This document shows, piece by piece, positions 21,074 through 30,571 of a DNA stretch of 64,000 nt (position 1 is the first letter of the stretch; every line of letters starts with the position of its first letter). Made by a program: the position numbers and the translations under genes. A model generated the notes under the pieces. The model did no database searches. It was given only the letters and a program-made list of their open reading frames with translations, and was not told the origin of the DNA. The stretch lies in assembly GCA_964648865.1 (NCBI GenBank), contig CAZYLV010000003.1, forward strand, positions 33,731 to 97,730, written 5' to 3'. The DNA is from an uncultured Gammaproteobacteria bacterium. Its GTDB lineage: Bacteria; Patescibacteriota; Patescibacteriia; 2-12-FULL-57-11.

Positions 21074-22375
21074 CTACTTCAGCAGATAATCCAGCGGATT
21101 GACCGGGATGCCGTTCAAACGCGTCTCGAAGTGCAGGTGCGGGCCCGTGGTGAGGTTGCCGGCGCCGGGCGTGCCCGGGGTGCCTCCAGAGAGCGCGATG
21201 ACCTGTCCCCGCTCCACGAACTCCCCTTCCGAGACCATGATGCGCGAGACGTGGCCGTAGACGGTTGAGATGCCGTTGTCGTGGATGAGCATCACGTAGC
21301 TGTAGCCCAAGCCGGCGTTCTTGGCGCGGGCCACGTAGCCGGGCGCGGCGGCGCCGATGCGCGTCCCCTGGTAGGCGCGGACGTCGATTGCCGGATGCTC
21401 GAAGACGTGGCGGAACGGGTAATCCGGATCGTGGAAGTAGGCCGTGATGCCGCGTGACGGGTCGACGGGCCAGGAAAGGACCGTGGAATCGCCCGTCAGG
21501 TTGCGCAGCTTGTCCTGGGACTCGAGCTTGCGCCGCAGCGTGTTCTCGAGCGTCACGATGTCGCTGTCGACCGTCTGCTGCTGCGACCGCAGCGTGGCCA
21601 GGTTCTGTTGCAGCCCCTGCGTCTCCTGCTCCAACGTCTCGGCCAGCTTCTGTTTGCCGGTGCGCGACTCCTCGAGCTCGGCCTGGGAGATCTCCAAGCG
21701 TTTCTTGAGGTCTGAGAGCTTCTGCCGTTGCGCTTCCTTGTCGTCCTGCTGGCCCTCGAGCGTCGTCTTGAGCGCCACGACCTCCTCCAACGCGCGCTGC
21801 AGGTCCTTGCCGATCTCCTCGGAGGTCTTGAGGCGATCGTAGAATTCCGAGAAGGACTCGTTCATCAGCAGCACCTCGAGCGCGCTCCGGTCGCTGGCCC
21901 GGGCGATGGTCCGCAGGAACTCGGAGAGGTATGCCTTCCGCCGTTCGATCTGCGCGCTGCGCTCACCGATATGCAGGTCGAGCGCGGCGATCTCCAGGTT
22001 GACCTGCTCGATCTCGGCCTCGGTCTGCTGGATGTCCAGTTCGGTCTTGGCCAGGCGGTTCTCGAGCAGTCCCAGCTGGTTCTGGAGCGAGACCGTCTGG
22101 CTGCGGCGGTTGGCGATGGTGCCCTGGAGCGTGCCGATGCGCTGCTGCAGGTCTGAGACGGCTTGCTTCTTGCGGGCCACGGCGTCATTGAGCCGCAGGA
22201 TCTCCTCGCGCGTGGCCTCCGAGTACTCTTCCTCGCCTGGTGTCTCCGCGCTCTCCGTCGGCGCCTCCTCCTCAGCGAACGCCTGGTAGACCTGCCAGCC
22301 GGAATATGCCACGAAGAGGCTCAGCGCGATCGCCGCGAGCCCCAGCACGCCGATCCGGTTTTTCGGGTGTTCCAT
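21074..22375 (-). CDS. Coiled-coil M23 peptidase (EnvC/CwlO-like)
   Basis: N-terminal TM, long coiled coil, HPAID (HxxxD), YGH, TGPHLHFE. Confidence 0.93.
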   Translation of the reverse strand: MEHPKNRIGVLGLAAIALSLFVAYSGWQVYQAFAEEEAPTESAETPGEEEYSEATREEILRLNDAVARKKQAVSDLQQRIGTLQGTIANRRSQTVSLQNQLGLLENRLAKTELDIQQTEAEIEQVNLEIAALDLHIGERSAQIERRKAYLSEFLRTIARASDRSALEVLLMNESFSEFYDRLKTSEEIGKDLQRALEEVVALKTTLEGQQDDKEAQRQKLSDLKKRLEISQAELEESRTGKQKLAETLEQETQGLQQNLATLRSQQQTVDSDIVTLENTLRRKLESQDKLRNLTGDSTVLSWPVDPSRGITAYFHDPDYPFRHVFEHPAIDVRAYQGTRIGAAAPGYVARAKNAGLGYSYVMLIHDNGISTVYGHVSRIMVSEGEFVERGQVIALSGGTPGTPGAGNLTTGPHLHFETRLNGIPVNPLDYLLK

Positions 22376-23817
22376 CACAAGCGCGAGCGGGCTTGTCTGA
22401 TGCGTCGCACGACGTCGTCCCGCGACAGCAACGGAGCGATCTCGAAGGGTCCCGGTGAGGCAGGCAGCCCTGTGAGCGCCACGCGCAACGGCCACAACAC
22501 GTCGCCGTTCTGGAGCCCTTCTGCGGCGATCCAGGCCTTGAGTCCCCCCTCGATCGCTGCGGCGCTCCACTCCCCCGCGTAGGTCTCGAACCAGGCGGCC
22601 AGGCCATCGAGCGCCGCTTGGGTACGCGCGAGGTCCGACTTCTTCCAGATGAGCAGCGACGGATCGTGCTCGGCCGGCCCGCGGAAGAGGAACGAGACGA
22701 GCTCCGGCAGCTGCGGCATGCGCACCAACCGGTCCTTGGCCAATGCTACCACGCCGGCGAGCCACTGCGCATCATCAAGACGGCCGTCGCAGCCCGCTTT
22801 CCTGAGCTCCTCCGCGGCCATCTCGGCAAGCCGATCCTCCGGCAAGGCCCGCAGGTACTGGGCGTTCAGCCAGTCCAGCTTCTCGAAGTTGACGACCGCG
22901 CCCGACGGGTTGACCTTGGCGAGATCGAAACGCTGCGCAAGCTCATCGACCGCGTATATCTCCCGCTCCCCCGTCGGATTCCAGCCGAGCAGCGCGACGA
23001 AGTTGATGAGCGCCTCCGGCAGGTAACCCTTGGCGAGATAGTCCTCCACGGCCACGTCGCCCTGGCGCTTGGACAGCTTGCTGCGGTCGGCGTTGAGCAG
23101 GAGCGGCAGGTGCGCGAAGACCGGCGGCGTCCAGCCGAAGGCCTCGTAGAGCAGCACGTGTTTGGGGGTCGAGGAGATCCACTCCTCGCCGCGGATGACG
23201 TGGCTGATGCGCATGTCATGGTCGTCGACGACGTTGGCCAGGTGATACGTGGGGAATCCGTCGCTCTTGGAGAGCACGGCGTCGTCGATGGAGGACGTCG
23301 GGAAGCGGATGTCGCCGCGGATCGCGTCCGTGAAGGCGACCTCGGCGCGGTCGCGCGGCACGGCGAGGCGGATGACGTGCGGCGTGCCGGCGCCGATGCG
23401 GGCGGTCCGTTGGTCGGCCGTGAGCCTCCGGCAACGGCCGTCGTACATCGGCGGCTCCTTGCGCGCGGCCTGGTGCTGGCGCATGGCCTCGAGTTCCTTC
23501 GACGTGCAGAAGCACGGGTAAGCCTTCCCGGCATCGACGAGCCGCTTCAGGTGCTCGTCATAGAGCGCCAGCCGCTCGCTCTGCACCACGGGCCCTTCGT
23601 CCCAGGTGAGACCCATGGTCGTGAGCGTCTCCATGAGCCTTTCCGCCGCGCCGGGCACGAGCCGGCTGCGGTCCGTGTCCTCGATGCGCAGGGCGAAGAC
23701 GCCGCCATGCTTGCGGGCGAAGAGCGCGTTGTAGAGCGCCGTGCGCAGCCCGCCGATGTGGAGGTATCCCGTGGGACTGGGCGCGAATCGAACACGGATG
23801 GTGTTCGACGATGGCAT
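22375..23817 (-). CDS. gltX: Glutamate-tRNA ligase (C-terminal part of a continuous ORF with a TagA/WecG domain)
   Basis: RVRFAPSPTGYLHIGG, RIEDTD, KLSKR. Confidence 0.97.
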   Translation of the reverse strand: MPSSNTIRVRFAPSPTGYLHIGGLRTALYNALFARKHGGVFALRIEDTDRSRLVPGAAERLMETLTTMGLTWDEGPVVQSERLALYDEHLKRLVDAGKAYPCFCTSKELEAMRQHQAARKEPPMYDGRCRRLTADQRTARIGAGTPHVIRLAVPRDRAEVAFTDAIRGDIRFPTSSIDDAVLSKSDGFPTYHLANVVDDHDMRISHVIRGEEWISSTPKHVLLYEAFGWTPPVFAHLPLLLNADRSKLSKRQGDVAVEDYLAKGYLPEALINFVALLGWNPTGEREIYAVDELAQRFDLAKVNPSGAVVNFEKLDWLNAQYLRALPEDRLAEMAAEELRKAGCDGRLDDAQWLAGVVALAKDRLVRMPQLPELVSFLFRGPAEHDPSLLIWKKSDLARTQAALDGLAAWFETYAGEWSAAAIEGGLKAWIAAEGLQNGDVLWPLRVALTGLPASPGPFEIAPLLSRDDVVRRIRQARSRL

Positions 23818-24525
23818 AGGCGGTTTCCGAGAAGAAAACAGGACAGTCAGCGGGAAAATGATAACAGCGCGGACGATGCGCCACAACCGCCGTGGCTGAA
23901 GGACGAGCCGCCACAGCCACTCCAGGCCGAGGCGCTGCATCAGACGTGGCGCGCGCGGTACGCGCCCGGTGAGGAAGTCCAGGCCGCCGCCCACGGCCAT
24001 CAGCAGCCGCGCCTTGGGATACGCCGCGCCGAACCGCGCGATCCAGCGCTCCTGGTGCGGCGCGCCGAAGTTGACGATGATGACCTCCTCATCTCCCCCG
24101 TCCGCACCCACGGAGCGCCGTTCCTCCACGGCGAAGCGGAGCGCCGGCCAACGGGCACGGACCGCGGTGGAGATGTCCGCGGCACCGCTCAACCCGCCAT
24201 GCCGGATGACGAAACGTACCGTGAGCCCCCGGGCGGCCGCTTCGTCCAGGACCGACTCCATCATGTCCGCGCCCGGTACGCGCTCCGCGGCGAGGCCGCG
24301 CAGGAGCAGCGCCCAGACCACGCCGGTGCCGTCAGGCAGCAGCAGTACGGCACGCGCGAGGGCCTCCGCGAGCGCCGGGTCGCGCCTGGCCGCCAGGACG
24401 ATCTCCGGATTCACGGAGAGCGCCGTCACGCCGCGTCCCGTGCGGAGCGCCTCCCGCAACGCCGCTTCGGCGCCGGTGCGGGTCAGCGCGTCCACCGGAG
24501 CGCCGGCGACGGTCGTGCGTATCAT
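23818..24525 (-). CDS. WecB/TagA/CpsF (GT26) glycosyltransferase domain, in frame with gltX and with no stop
   Basis: VNPEI, PDGTGV, GAPHQERW, VGGGLDF, RAP..MQRLGLEWLWRL..QPRR. Confidence 0.9.
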
Positions 24526-25076
24526 ACGCCGAGCGGGTAGCCGTGGAGCTCGGTATAGCGCGCGCCGCCGCGGCCGATGTCGCTTCGGTAGAGACCGAAT
24601 CGGTCGACGAGGAAGCGCGTCTCCGCTACGTGCGCGCGGAAGGCATCCGCCGGCACCGGCGCCTCGAGCCGGGCCACGGTGAGATGCGGCGCCCAAGGAC
24701 GATGGTCGACGTCGATCCGCAGGCGCTCCAGCTCCTTGCCGACATCCTCGCGCAACGAGGCGACGGCCGATCCGTGCGGCTCGGCGACCCCCACCCAGAC
24801 GACGCGCGGGTGCACCGCGTCCGGGAAGAACCCGACCTCGGTGAGCCGGACCTCGGTCGGGCGATACCGTGCCGCGATGGGCGCCATGGCGGCGTGCACG
24901 GCCGCGACGCTCCCCTCCTCGAGATGCCCGAGGAAATGCAGGGTCATGTGGATGCTCTCGGGCGGCGCCCAGCGCACGCGCGGCCGCACCGAGCGACGCA
25001 TCTGTCGCATCACGTCATCAAGCACCTGCCGGACGCCGGCGGGAATCGGGATGGCCAAGAAGAGGCGCAAGGACAT
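24522..25076 (-). CDS. thpR: RNA 2',3'-cyclic phosphodiesterase (2H family)
   Basis: RLFLAI, HMTLHFLG, PHLTVAR. Confidence 0.92.
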   Translation of the reverse strand: MSLRLFLAIPIPAGVRQVLDDVMRQMRRSVRPRVRWAPPESIHMTLHFLGHLEEGSVAAVHAAMAPIAARYRPTEVRLTEVGFFPDAVHPRVVWVGVAEPHGSAVASLREDVGKELERLRIDVDHRPWAPHLTVARLEAPVPADAFRAHVAETRFLVDRFGLYRSDIGRGGARYTELHGYPLGV

Positions 25077-25114
25077 GGCGGAATCGTAAGGAAATCCACG
25101 GCTTCCGTCCACCC

Positions 25115-25142
25115 TTGACGCTCCTCTCCATGATGGTATGCT
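25115..25142 (+). promoter_or_regulatory. clpB promoter TTGACG-16-TATGCT
   Basis: Hexamers directly upstream of the CIRCE element. Confidence 0.6.
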
Positions 25143-25144
25143 GG

Positions 25145-25171
25145 TTAGCAGTCAAGCATCGAGAGTGCTAA
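25145..25171 (+). promoter_or_regulatory. CIRCE element (HrcA operator)
   Basis: TTAGCAGTC-N9-GAGTGCTAA, one mismatch to TTAGCACTC-N9-GAGTGCTAA. Confidence 0.93.
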
Positions 25172-25183
25172 CCGGAGGACCCT

Positions 25184-27823
25184 ATGGCAAACGACCGTTT
25201 CACCAAGAAGGGCGACGAGGCCGTTCGCGCCGCGCGCGAGATCGCCGAGCGGCACCGGCACCGCGCCATCGACGACATGCATCTGCTCTCCGCGCTGGTC
25301 AGCCAGCCGGACGGGTTGGTCCCCGGCGTCCTGGAGCGCATCGGCGTCGATGTCGATGCGTTGCTCGAGGAGACCGACGAGCTCATCCACGAGGGCATGC
25401 CCCCGGGCGAGATCGTCTTCGGTACGACGCGCCGCCTGATCGACGCGCTCTCCGCCGCGGAGACGCTCTCCCAGGAGATGGGCGACCCGGTGGTCGGCAC
25501 CGAACACATGTTCCTCGGGCTGCTCGATAAGGGCGAGCGCCTCATTCCCCTCTTCCAGGACCACGGGGTGGACCGCAAGAGCTTCGAGGCGGCGCTCAAG
25601 GACGCCCGCGAGGCCGGGACGGGGCGAGCCCCGGAGCGCGAGGCGCCCAAGGTGCTCGAGAAGTACGGCCGCAACCTCACGGCACTGGCGCGGCAAAAGA
25701 AGCTCGATCCGGTCATCGGTCGCGACGACGAGATCCGCCGCGTCATCCAGGTGCTCAGCCGCCGCACCAAGAACAACCCGGTGCTGGTGGGCGAGGCCGG
25801 GGTCGGCAAGACGGCCATCGTCGAGGGCCTGGCCCAGCGCATCGCCTCAGGCGACGTACCCGAGTCGCTGGTCGACCGCGACGTCGTGGCGCTGGACCTC
25901 GGCGCCCTCGTGGCCGGCACCAAGTTCCGCGGCGAGTTCGAGGAGCGCCTCTAGGCCGTCATGAAGGAGATCGAGAAATCGAACGGCGGCATCATCCTCT
26001 TCATCGACGAGCTCCACACGCTCGTCGGCGCCGGCGGAGCCGACGGCGGCTCGCTGGACGCCTCCAACATCCTCAAGCCTGCGCTGGCCCGCGGCGAGCT
26101 GCACGCGATCGGCGCCACGACGCTGCGCGAGTTCCAGAAGCATATCGAGAAGGACCCCGCGCTGGAGCGGCGCTTCCAGCCGGTCATGGTCCATGAGCCG
26201 ACGGTCGAGGACACCATCGCCATGCTCCGCGGCATCAAGGAGAAATACGAGGTCCACCACGGCGTCAAGATCACCGACGCCGCCATCGTCGCCGCTGCCG
26301 AGCTCAGCCACCGTTACATCAACGACCGCTCCCTGCCGGACAAGGCCGTCGACCTCGTGGACGAGGCCGCCGCCGCGCTGCGCATGGACGTCGACAGCCA
26401 GCCCGTGGAGATCGAGCGCCTGCGCCGCGACGCCACGCGCCTGGAGATCGAGAAGCGCGCCCTGGAGGCCGAGGACGACCCGGCACAGGCCGAGCGCAAG
26501 ACCCAGGTCGGCCGCGAGCTGGTCGAGCTCAACGAACGCATCGCCGCGCTGGCCGCCAAGTGGACCAAGGAGAAGGAGATCGTCGGCGCGCTGCGCACGG
26601 CCCAAAAGGAGCTGGAACGCCTGCGCACCGAGAGCGACATCGCCGAGCGCCGCGGCGAGCTCGAGCAGGTCGCCGAGATCCGCTACGGCCGCATCCCGGC
26701 GCAGGAAAAGGCCATGGCCGCGCTCGAGGAGAAGCATCGCACCCAGAAGGGCGAACGCTTCATCAAGGACAAGGTCGGCGCCGAGGAGATCGCCGCGGTC
26801 GTCTCGCGCTGGACCGGCATCCCGGTCACCAAGATGCTCGAGACGGAACGGGAGAAGCTCCTGCAGCTCGAGGCCGGACTCGGCAAGCGCGTCGTCGGCC
26901 AGCCCGAGGCCATCGCCGCCGTGGCCAACGCGCTCCGCCGCAACCGCGCCGGGGTGAGCGAGGGCGAACGGCCCATCGGCTCGTTCCTCTTCCTGGGCCC
27001 AACGGGCGTCGGCAAGACGGAGCTGGCCCGCGCGCTGGCCGCCTATCTCTTCAACGACGAGACGGCCATGATCCGGGTGGACATGTCCGAGTTCATGGAA
27101 CGCCACGAGACGGCCAAGCTGATCGGTTCGCCGCCCGGCTACGTCGGCCACGACGAGGGCGGCCAGCTCACCGAGAAGGTCCGCCGCCGGCCGTACAGCG
27201 TGGTGCTCTTCGACGAGGTCGAGAAGGCCCATCCGGACGTCTTCAACCTGCTGTTGCAGATCCTCGACGACGGCCGGCTGACGGACGCCAAGGGCCGCCG
27301 CGTGAACTTCAAGAACACCGTCATCATCATGACCTCCAATGTCGGAAGCCGCTCGCTCAGCCAGGTCACGACCGGCGCGGCGTTGGGCTTCGCCGACGGC
27401 GACGGCGGGCAGGAACCGGAGCAGCGCATGCGCGAGAAGATCCGCGAGGAGCTCGAGGAGCGCTTCCGGCCGGAGTTCCTCAACCGCGTCGACGAGATCA
27501 TCACCTTCCATCCGCTCACGAGGACGCATATCGCCGACATCGTCGACGTGCAGCTCTCGCGGCTCGCCGAGCGGCTCAAGGAGCGCCGCGTCGCCGTGGA
27601 GGTGAGCGACGCCGCCAAGGCCTACCTGGCCGAGAAGGGCTACTCGCCGAGCTTCGGCGCCCGCCCGCTCAAGCGGCTCATCCAGACGGAGGTCGGCAAC
27701 CGCCTGGCCGAGGCATTGCTCAAGGGCGACATCGCCGAGGGCGACACGGCCGCGGTCGACGTCAAGAAGGACGCGCTGACCGTCAACCGCGCCCGCCGCA
27801 AGGTCAAGGCCGCCGTGGCCTGA
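25184..27823 (+). pseudogene. clpB: ClpB chaperone interrupted by an in-frame TAG at 25952-25954
   Basis: [26 protein letters not shown]; M-domain coiled coil; GPTGVGKT; both halves in the same frame. Confidence 0.85.
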
Positions 27824-27826
27824 TCC

Positions 27827-27856
27827 CAAAAGACCCCGCCGCGGCGGGGTCTTTTG
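27827..27856. terminator. Bidirectional terminator after clpB
   Basis: CAAAAGACCCCGCC-GC-GGCGGGGTCTTTTG. Confidence 0.88.
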
Positions 27857-27873
27857 CTGTAGAATGGACGCGT

Positions 27874-28341
27874 ATGCTACGTGTCCCCTGGTTCCGACAA
27901 TCCCCCGGCCGCTGCGGACCGACGGTCCTGCGGATGGTGCTGGCCTATCATGGCATTTCTGCCTCCGAGCGTCTGCTCGCCAAACTCACCGGCTGCAAAC
28001 CGGTCTGGCATCCGGAAGGCACCTCGGCGGAAGGCATCATCCGCGGCGCCGAACGCTTCGGGCTGCGCGGACGCGTCCTGGACCGAAGCAGCATCCCGGC
28101 GCTGCGCCGGCTGGTCCGTCGCGGCGTCCCGCCCATCGTCGATTGGTTTTCCGTGGACGAAGGCCACTACTCCGTGGTCGTCGACGTGACGGCGGACCGC
28201 GTGGTCCTGCGCGACCCCTCCGTCCCCGGCTTCGTGCGCCTCCCGCACGACACCTTCCTCCGCGTCTGGTTCGACTTCCACGGCGCAGCGCGCTCGCCGA
28301 AGGCGCTCATCGTGCGGCGCGCCATCGTGGTCTCGCTGTGA
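27874..28341 (+). CDS. Stand-alone C39-family cysteine peptidase
   Basis: Q....CGP..L.M.L.Y.G, GT, GHYSVV, DP. Confidence 0.85.
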   Translation: MLRVPWFRQSPGRCGPTVLRMVLAYHGISASERLLAKLTGCKPVWHPEGTSAEGIIRGAERFGLRGRVLDRSSIPALRRLVRRGVPPIVDWFSVDEGHYSVVVDVTADRVVLRDPSVPGFVRLPHDTFLRVWFDFHGAARSPKALIVRRAIVVSL

Positions 28342-28364
28342 TGCGCGTGGTATACTCTGCGGGT

Positions 28365-29777
28365 ATGGCATGGCTCAAGAAAGCCATGGGAATCGTGTTG
28401 TCCGGCGCGCTCCTCGCGTCGGGCATGGCCCCGCTTGCCGCCCGCGCCACGGTCGACCCGGAGAACCTCTTCCCGGACAGCGAGCTGGAGCGCGCCGACG
28501 CCATGACCCCCGGGCAGATCGCCGCCTTCCTCGCCAACAAGGGCGGCTTGGGGCAGCTGTCGTTCCAGGACGTCGACGGCGCCACGCGCTCCGCCGCGGA
28601 GATCATCTGGCGCGTCGCCCAGGACTACCGCATCAACCCCAAGTTCCTGCTGGCGCTCCTGCAGCGCGAGCAATCCTTGGTCGAAGCCACGCGGCCCAAC
28701 CAGTACCAGCTCGACTGGGCCGTCGGCTACGCCCGCTGCGACAGTTGCGACGTGGACCATCCGCTGGTCGCCGCCTATCGCGGGTTCGCCCGGCAGCTCG
28801 AGGGCGCCGCCGCACGCATCCGCGACCACTACCTGGCCGATCTGGCGCGCACCGGCGCCACGCAGACCGGCTGGGGGCCGGGCATCACCAAGGTCGTCGA
28901 CGGTCTGGCGGTGACGCCGCTCAACCGCGCCACGGCCATCCTCTACACGTACACCCCGCACCTCAACGGCAACCTCAACTTCGCCCGTATCCTCAAGCGC
29001 TGGTTCGAGAAGGAGATCCCCGACGGGACGGTGGTCCGCTCCGAGGACGGCAAACGGTTCTGGCTGATCTCCGGCGGCCAGCGCCGACCGTTCGGCTCGA
29101 TGACCGCCTACCTCTCCCGGTATTCCACGACGCAGGCCGTGACCATCCGCGACGCCGAGCTCGACGACTACGAGGAGGGCGCGCCCATCCGTTTCCCCAA
29201 CTACTCGCTGCTGCATGAGCCGGACGGCGCCATCTGGCTGCTCGACGGCGACACGCTGCGCCATATCAGCTCGATGGAGGTCTTCCGCAAGATCGGCTTC
29301 TCGCTCGACGAGCTGCTCGAGGTGGAACGGGTCGACCTCGAGGCCTACGCCGTCGGCGAACCGGTGACGCTCGCCTCGGCATACCCCACCGGGGCGCTGC
29401 TGCAGGACAACACCACCGGCGGCGTCTGGTGGGTCAAGGACGGTCGGCGCGCGCCCATCGTCTCGCGTGAGATCATGCTGGCCTCATTCCCGGGCCGACG
29501 CGTCCTGCCGGTCTCGCCGAGAACCCTGGAGGGCTACGAGATGGCGCCGCCGCTGACCTTCAAGGACGGCACGCTGGTCGGAGCGGCCGGCGACCCCTCG
29601 GTCTACGTGGTCTCCAAAGGCAAGCGTCGGCCGATCGTCTCCGAGGACGCCTTCCGCGTCTACGGCTGGGACTTCAGGAACGTCATCTGGACCAACCGCG
29701 CCGCGCTCGCCGTGCATCCGCTCGGCGAGGCGGTCGACGTCAAACCGACGCCGGAGGTGCTGACCGCCGGTTTCTGA
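28365..29777 (+). CDS. Secreted protein: lysozyme-like N-domain plus four ~58-aa repeats
   Basis: Signal peptide; INPKFLLALLQREQS; repeats G.L.....v.....G.rr.i.s...f. Confidence 0.75.
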   Translation: MAWLKKAMGIVLSGALLASGMAPLAARATVDPENLFPDSELERADAMTPGQIAAFLANKGGLGQLSFQDVDGATRSAAEIIWRVAQDYRINPKFLLALLQREQSLVEATRPNQYQLDWAVGYARCDSCDVDHPLVAAYRGFARQLEGAAARIRDHYLADLARTGATQTGWGPGITKVVDGLAVTPLNRATAILYTYTPHLNGNLNFARILKRWFEKEIPDGTVVRSEDGKRFWLISGGQRRPFGSMTAYLSRYSTTQAVTIRDAELDDYEEGAPIRFPNYSLLHEPDGAIWLLDGDTLRHISSMEVFRKIGFSLDELLEVERVDLEAYAVGEPVTLASAYPTGALLQDNTTGGVWWVKDGRRAPIVSREIMLASFPGRRVLPVSPRTLEGYEMAPPLTFKDGTLVGAAGDPSVYVVSKGKRRPIVSEDAFRVYGWDFRNVIWTNRAALAVHPLGEAVDVKPTPEVLTAGF

Positions 29778-29782
29778 CCCCT

Positions 29783-30571
29783 ATGATCGTCTTCGGCGCC
29801 ATCATCCCCCACTCCCCGCTGCTCATCCCCGAGATCGGCAAGACGCACGCCAAGAAGCTGGCCAAGACCGTCGCCGCGGTGACGGACATCGAGCAGCGTC
29901 TGTACGTGACGCGTCCCGACACGCTGCTCATCATCTCGCCGCACGGCGACGTCATGCCGGACGCCTTCGGCATCAACCTCTCGGCGTCGTACAGGACGTC
30001 CTTCAAGGATTTCGGCAACTTCCGCGCGACCAAGACGTTCCGCTCGGACTTCATGCTCATCGACAAGATCCAGCGTTCCATCCGCAAGGACATCCCCCTG
30101 GCCCTGCACAGCGCCGAGACGCTGGACTACGGCTTCGGCGTGCCGCTGCATCTCCTCACCGAGCACATCCCCAACCCGGCCGTGGTCCCGGTGACCACCT
30201 CCGGCCTCGACCTCAGGACGCATTTCGAGTTCGGCCGCGCCATGCGCGAGGAGATCCTCACGTCCAACAAGCGCGTCGCGGTGATCGCCTCAGGCGACCT
30301 CGCGCACACCCTCAAGAACGACGCGCCGGGCGGCTTCTCGCCCAGGGGCGCCGAGTTCGATGCCAAGGTCCAGGAGCTGCTCGCCCAGCGCAACGTCGCG
30401 GCCCTGCTGCAGCTCGACCCGGGACTCTGCGAGGAGGCCAAGGAATGCGGCCTGCGCGGCATCCTCACGGCGCTCGGCGTCCTCGACGGCATCGATTACA
30501 CGCCGCGCATCCTCTCCTACGAGGGGCCGCTCGGCATCGGCTACCTGGTGGGCCACCTGCAGTTCTCCTGA
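29783..30571 (+). CDS. MEMO1/AmmeMemoRadiSam-B, class III extradiol dioxygenase-like protein
   Basis: PHSPLLIP, IISPHG, LDYG..VPL, IASGDLAH, ECG, SYEGPLGIGY. Confidence 0.88.
   Translation: MIVFGAIIPHSPLLIPEIGKTHAKKLAKTVAAVTDIEQRLYVTRPDTLLIISPHGDVMPDAFGINLSASYRTSFKDFGNFRATKTFRSDFMLIDKIQRSIRKDIPLALHSAETLDYGFGVPLHLLTEHIPNPAVVPVTTSGLDLRTHFEFGRAMREEILTSNKRVAVIASGDLAHTLKNDAPGGFSPRGAEFDAKVQELLAQRNVAALLQLDPGLCEEAKECGLRGILTALGVLDGIDYTPRILSYEGPLGIGYLVGHLQFS

Noticed and set aside
25952-25954. Genome-wide TAG reassignment or pyrrolysine
   Set aside because: TAG terminates rpsI, secF, ftsQ and the helicase at their expected C-termini, and no pyl genes or suppressor tRNA are in the window.
26560-29777. 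Long N-terminal extensions in the ORF track (C39, 28365 gene, ddl, priA, secD and others)
   Set aside because: The extensions overlap neighbouring genes and are low-information; starts were reassigned to downstream ATGs.
29783-30571. Complete AmmeMemoRadiSam system
   Set aside because: Only the MEMO-like subunit is present; there is no AMMECR1 or radical SAM gene in the window.
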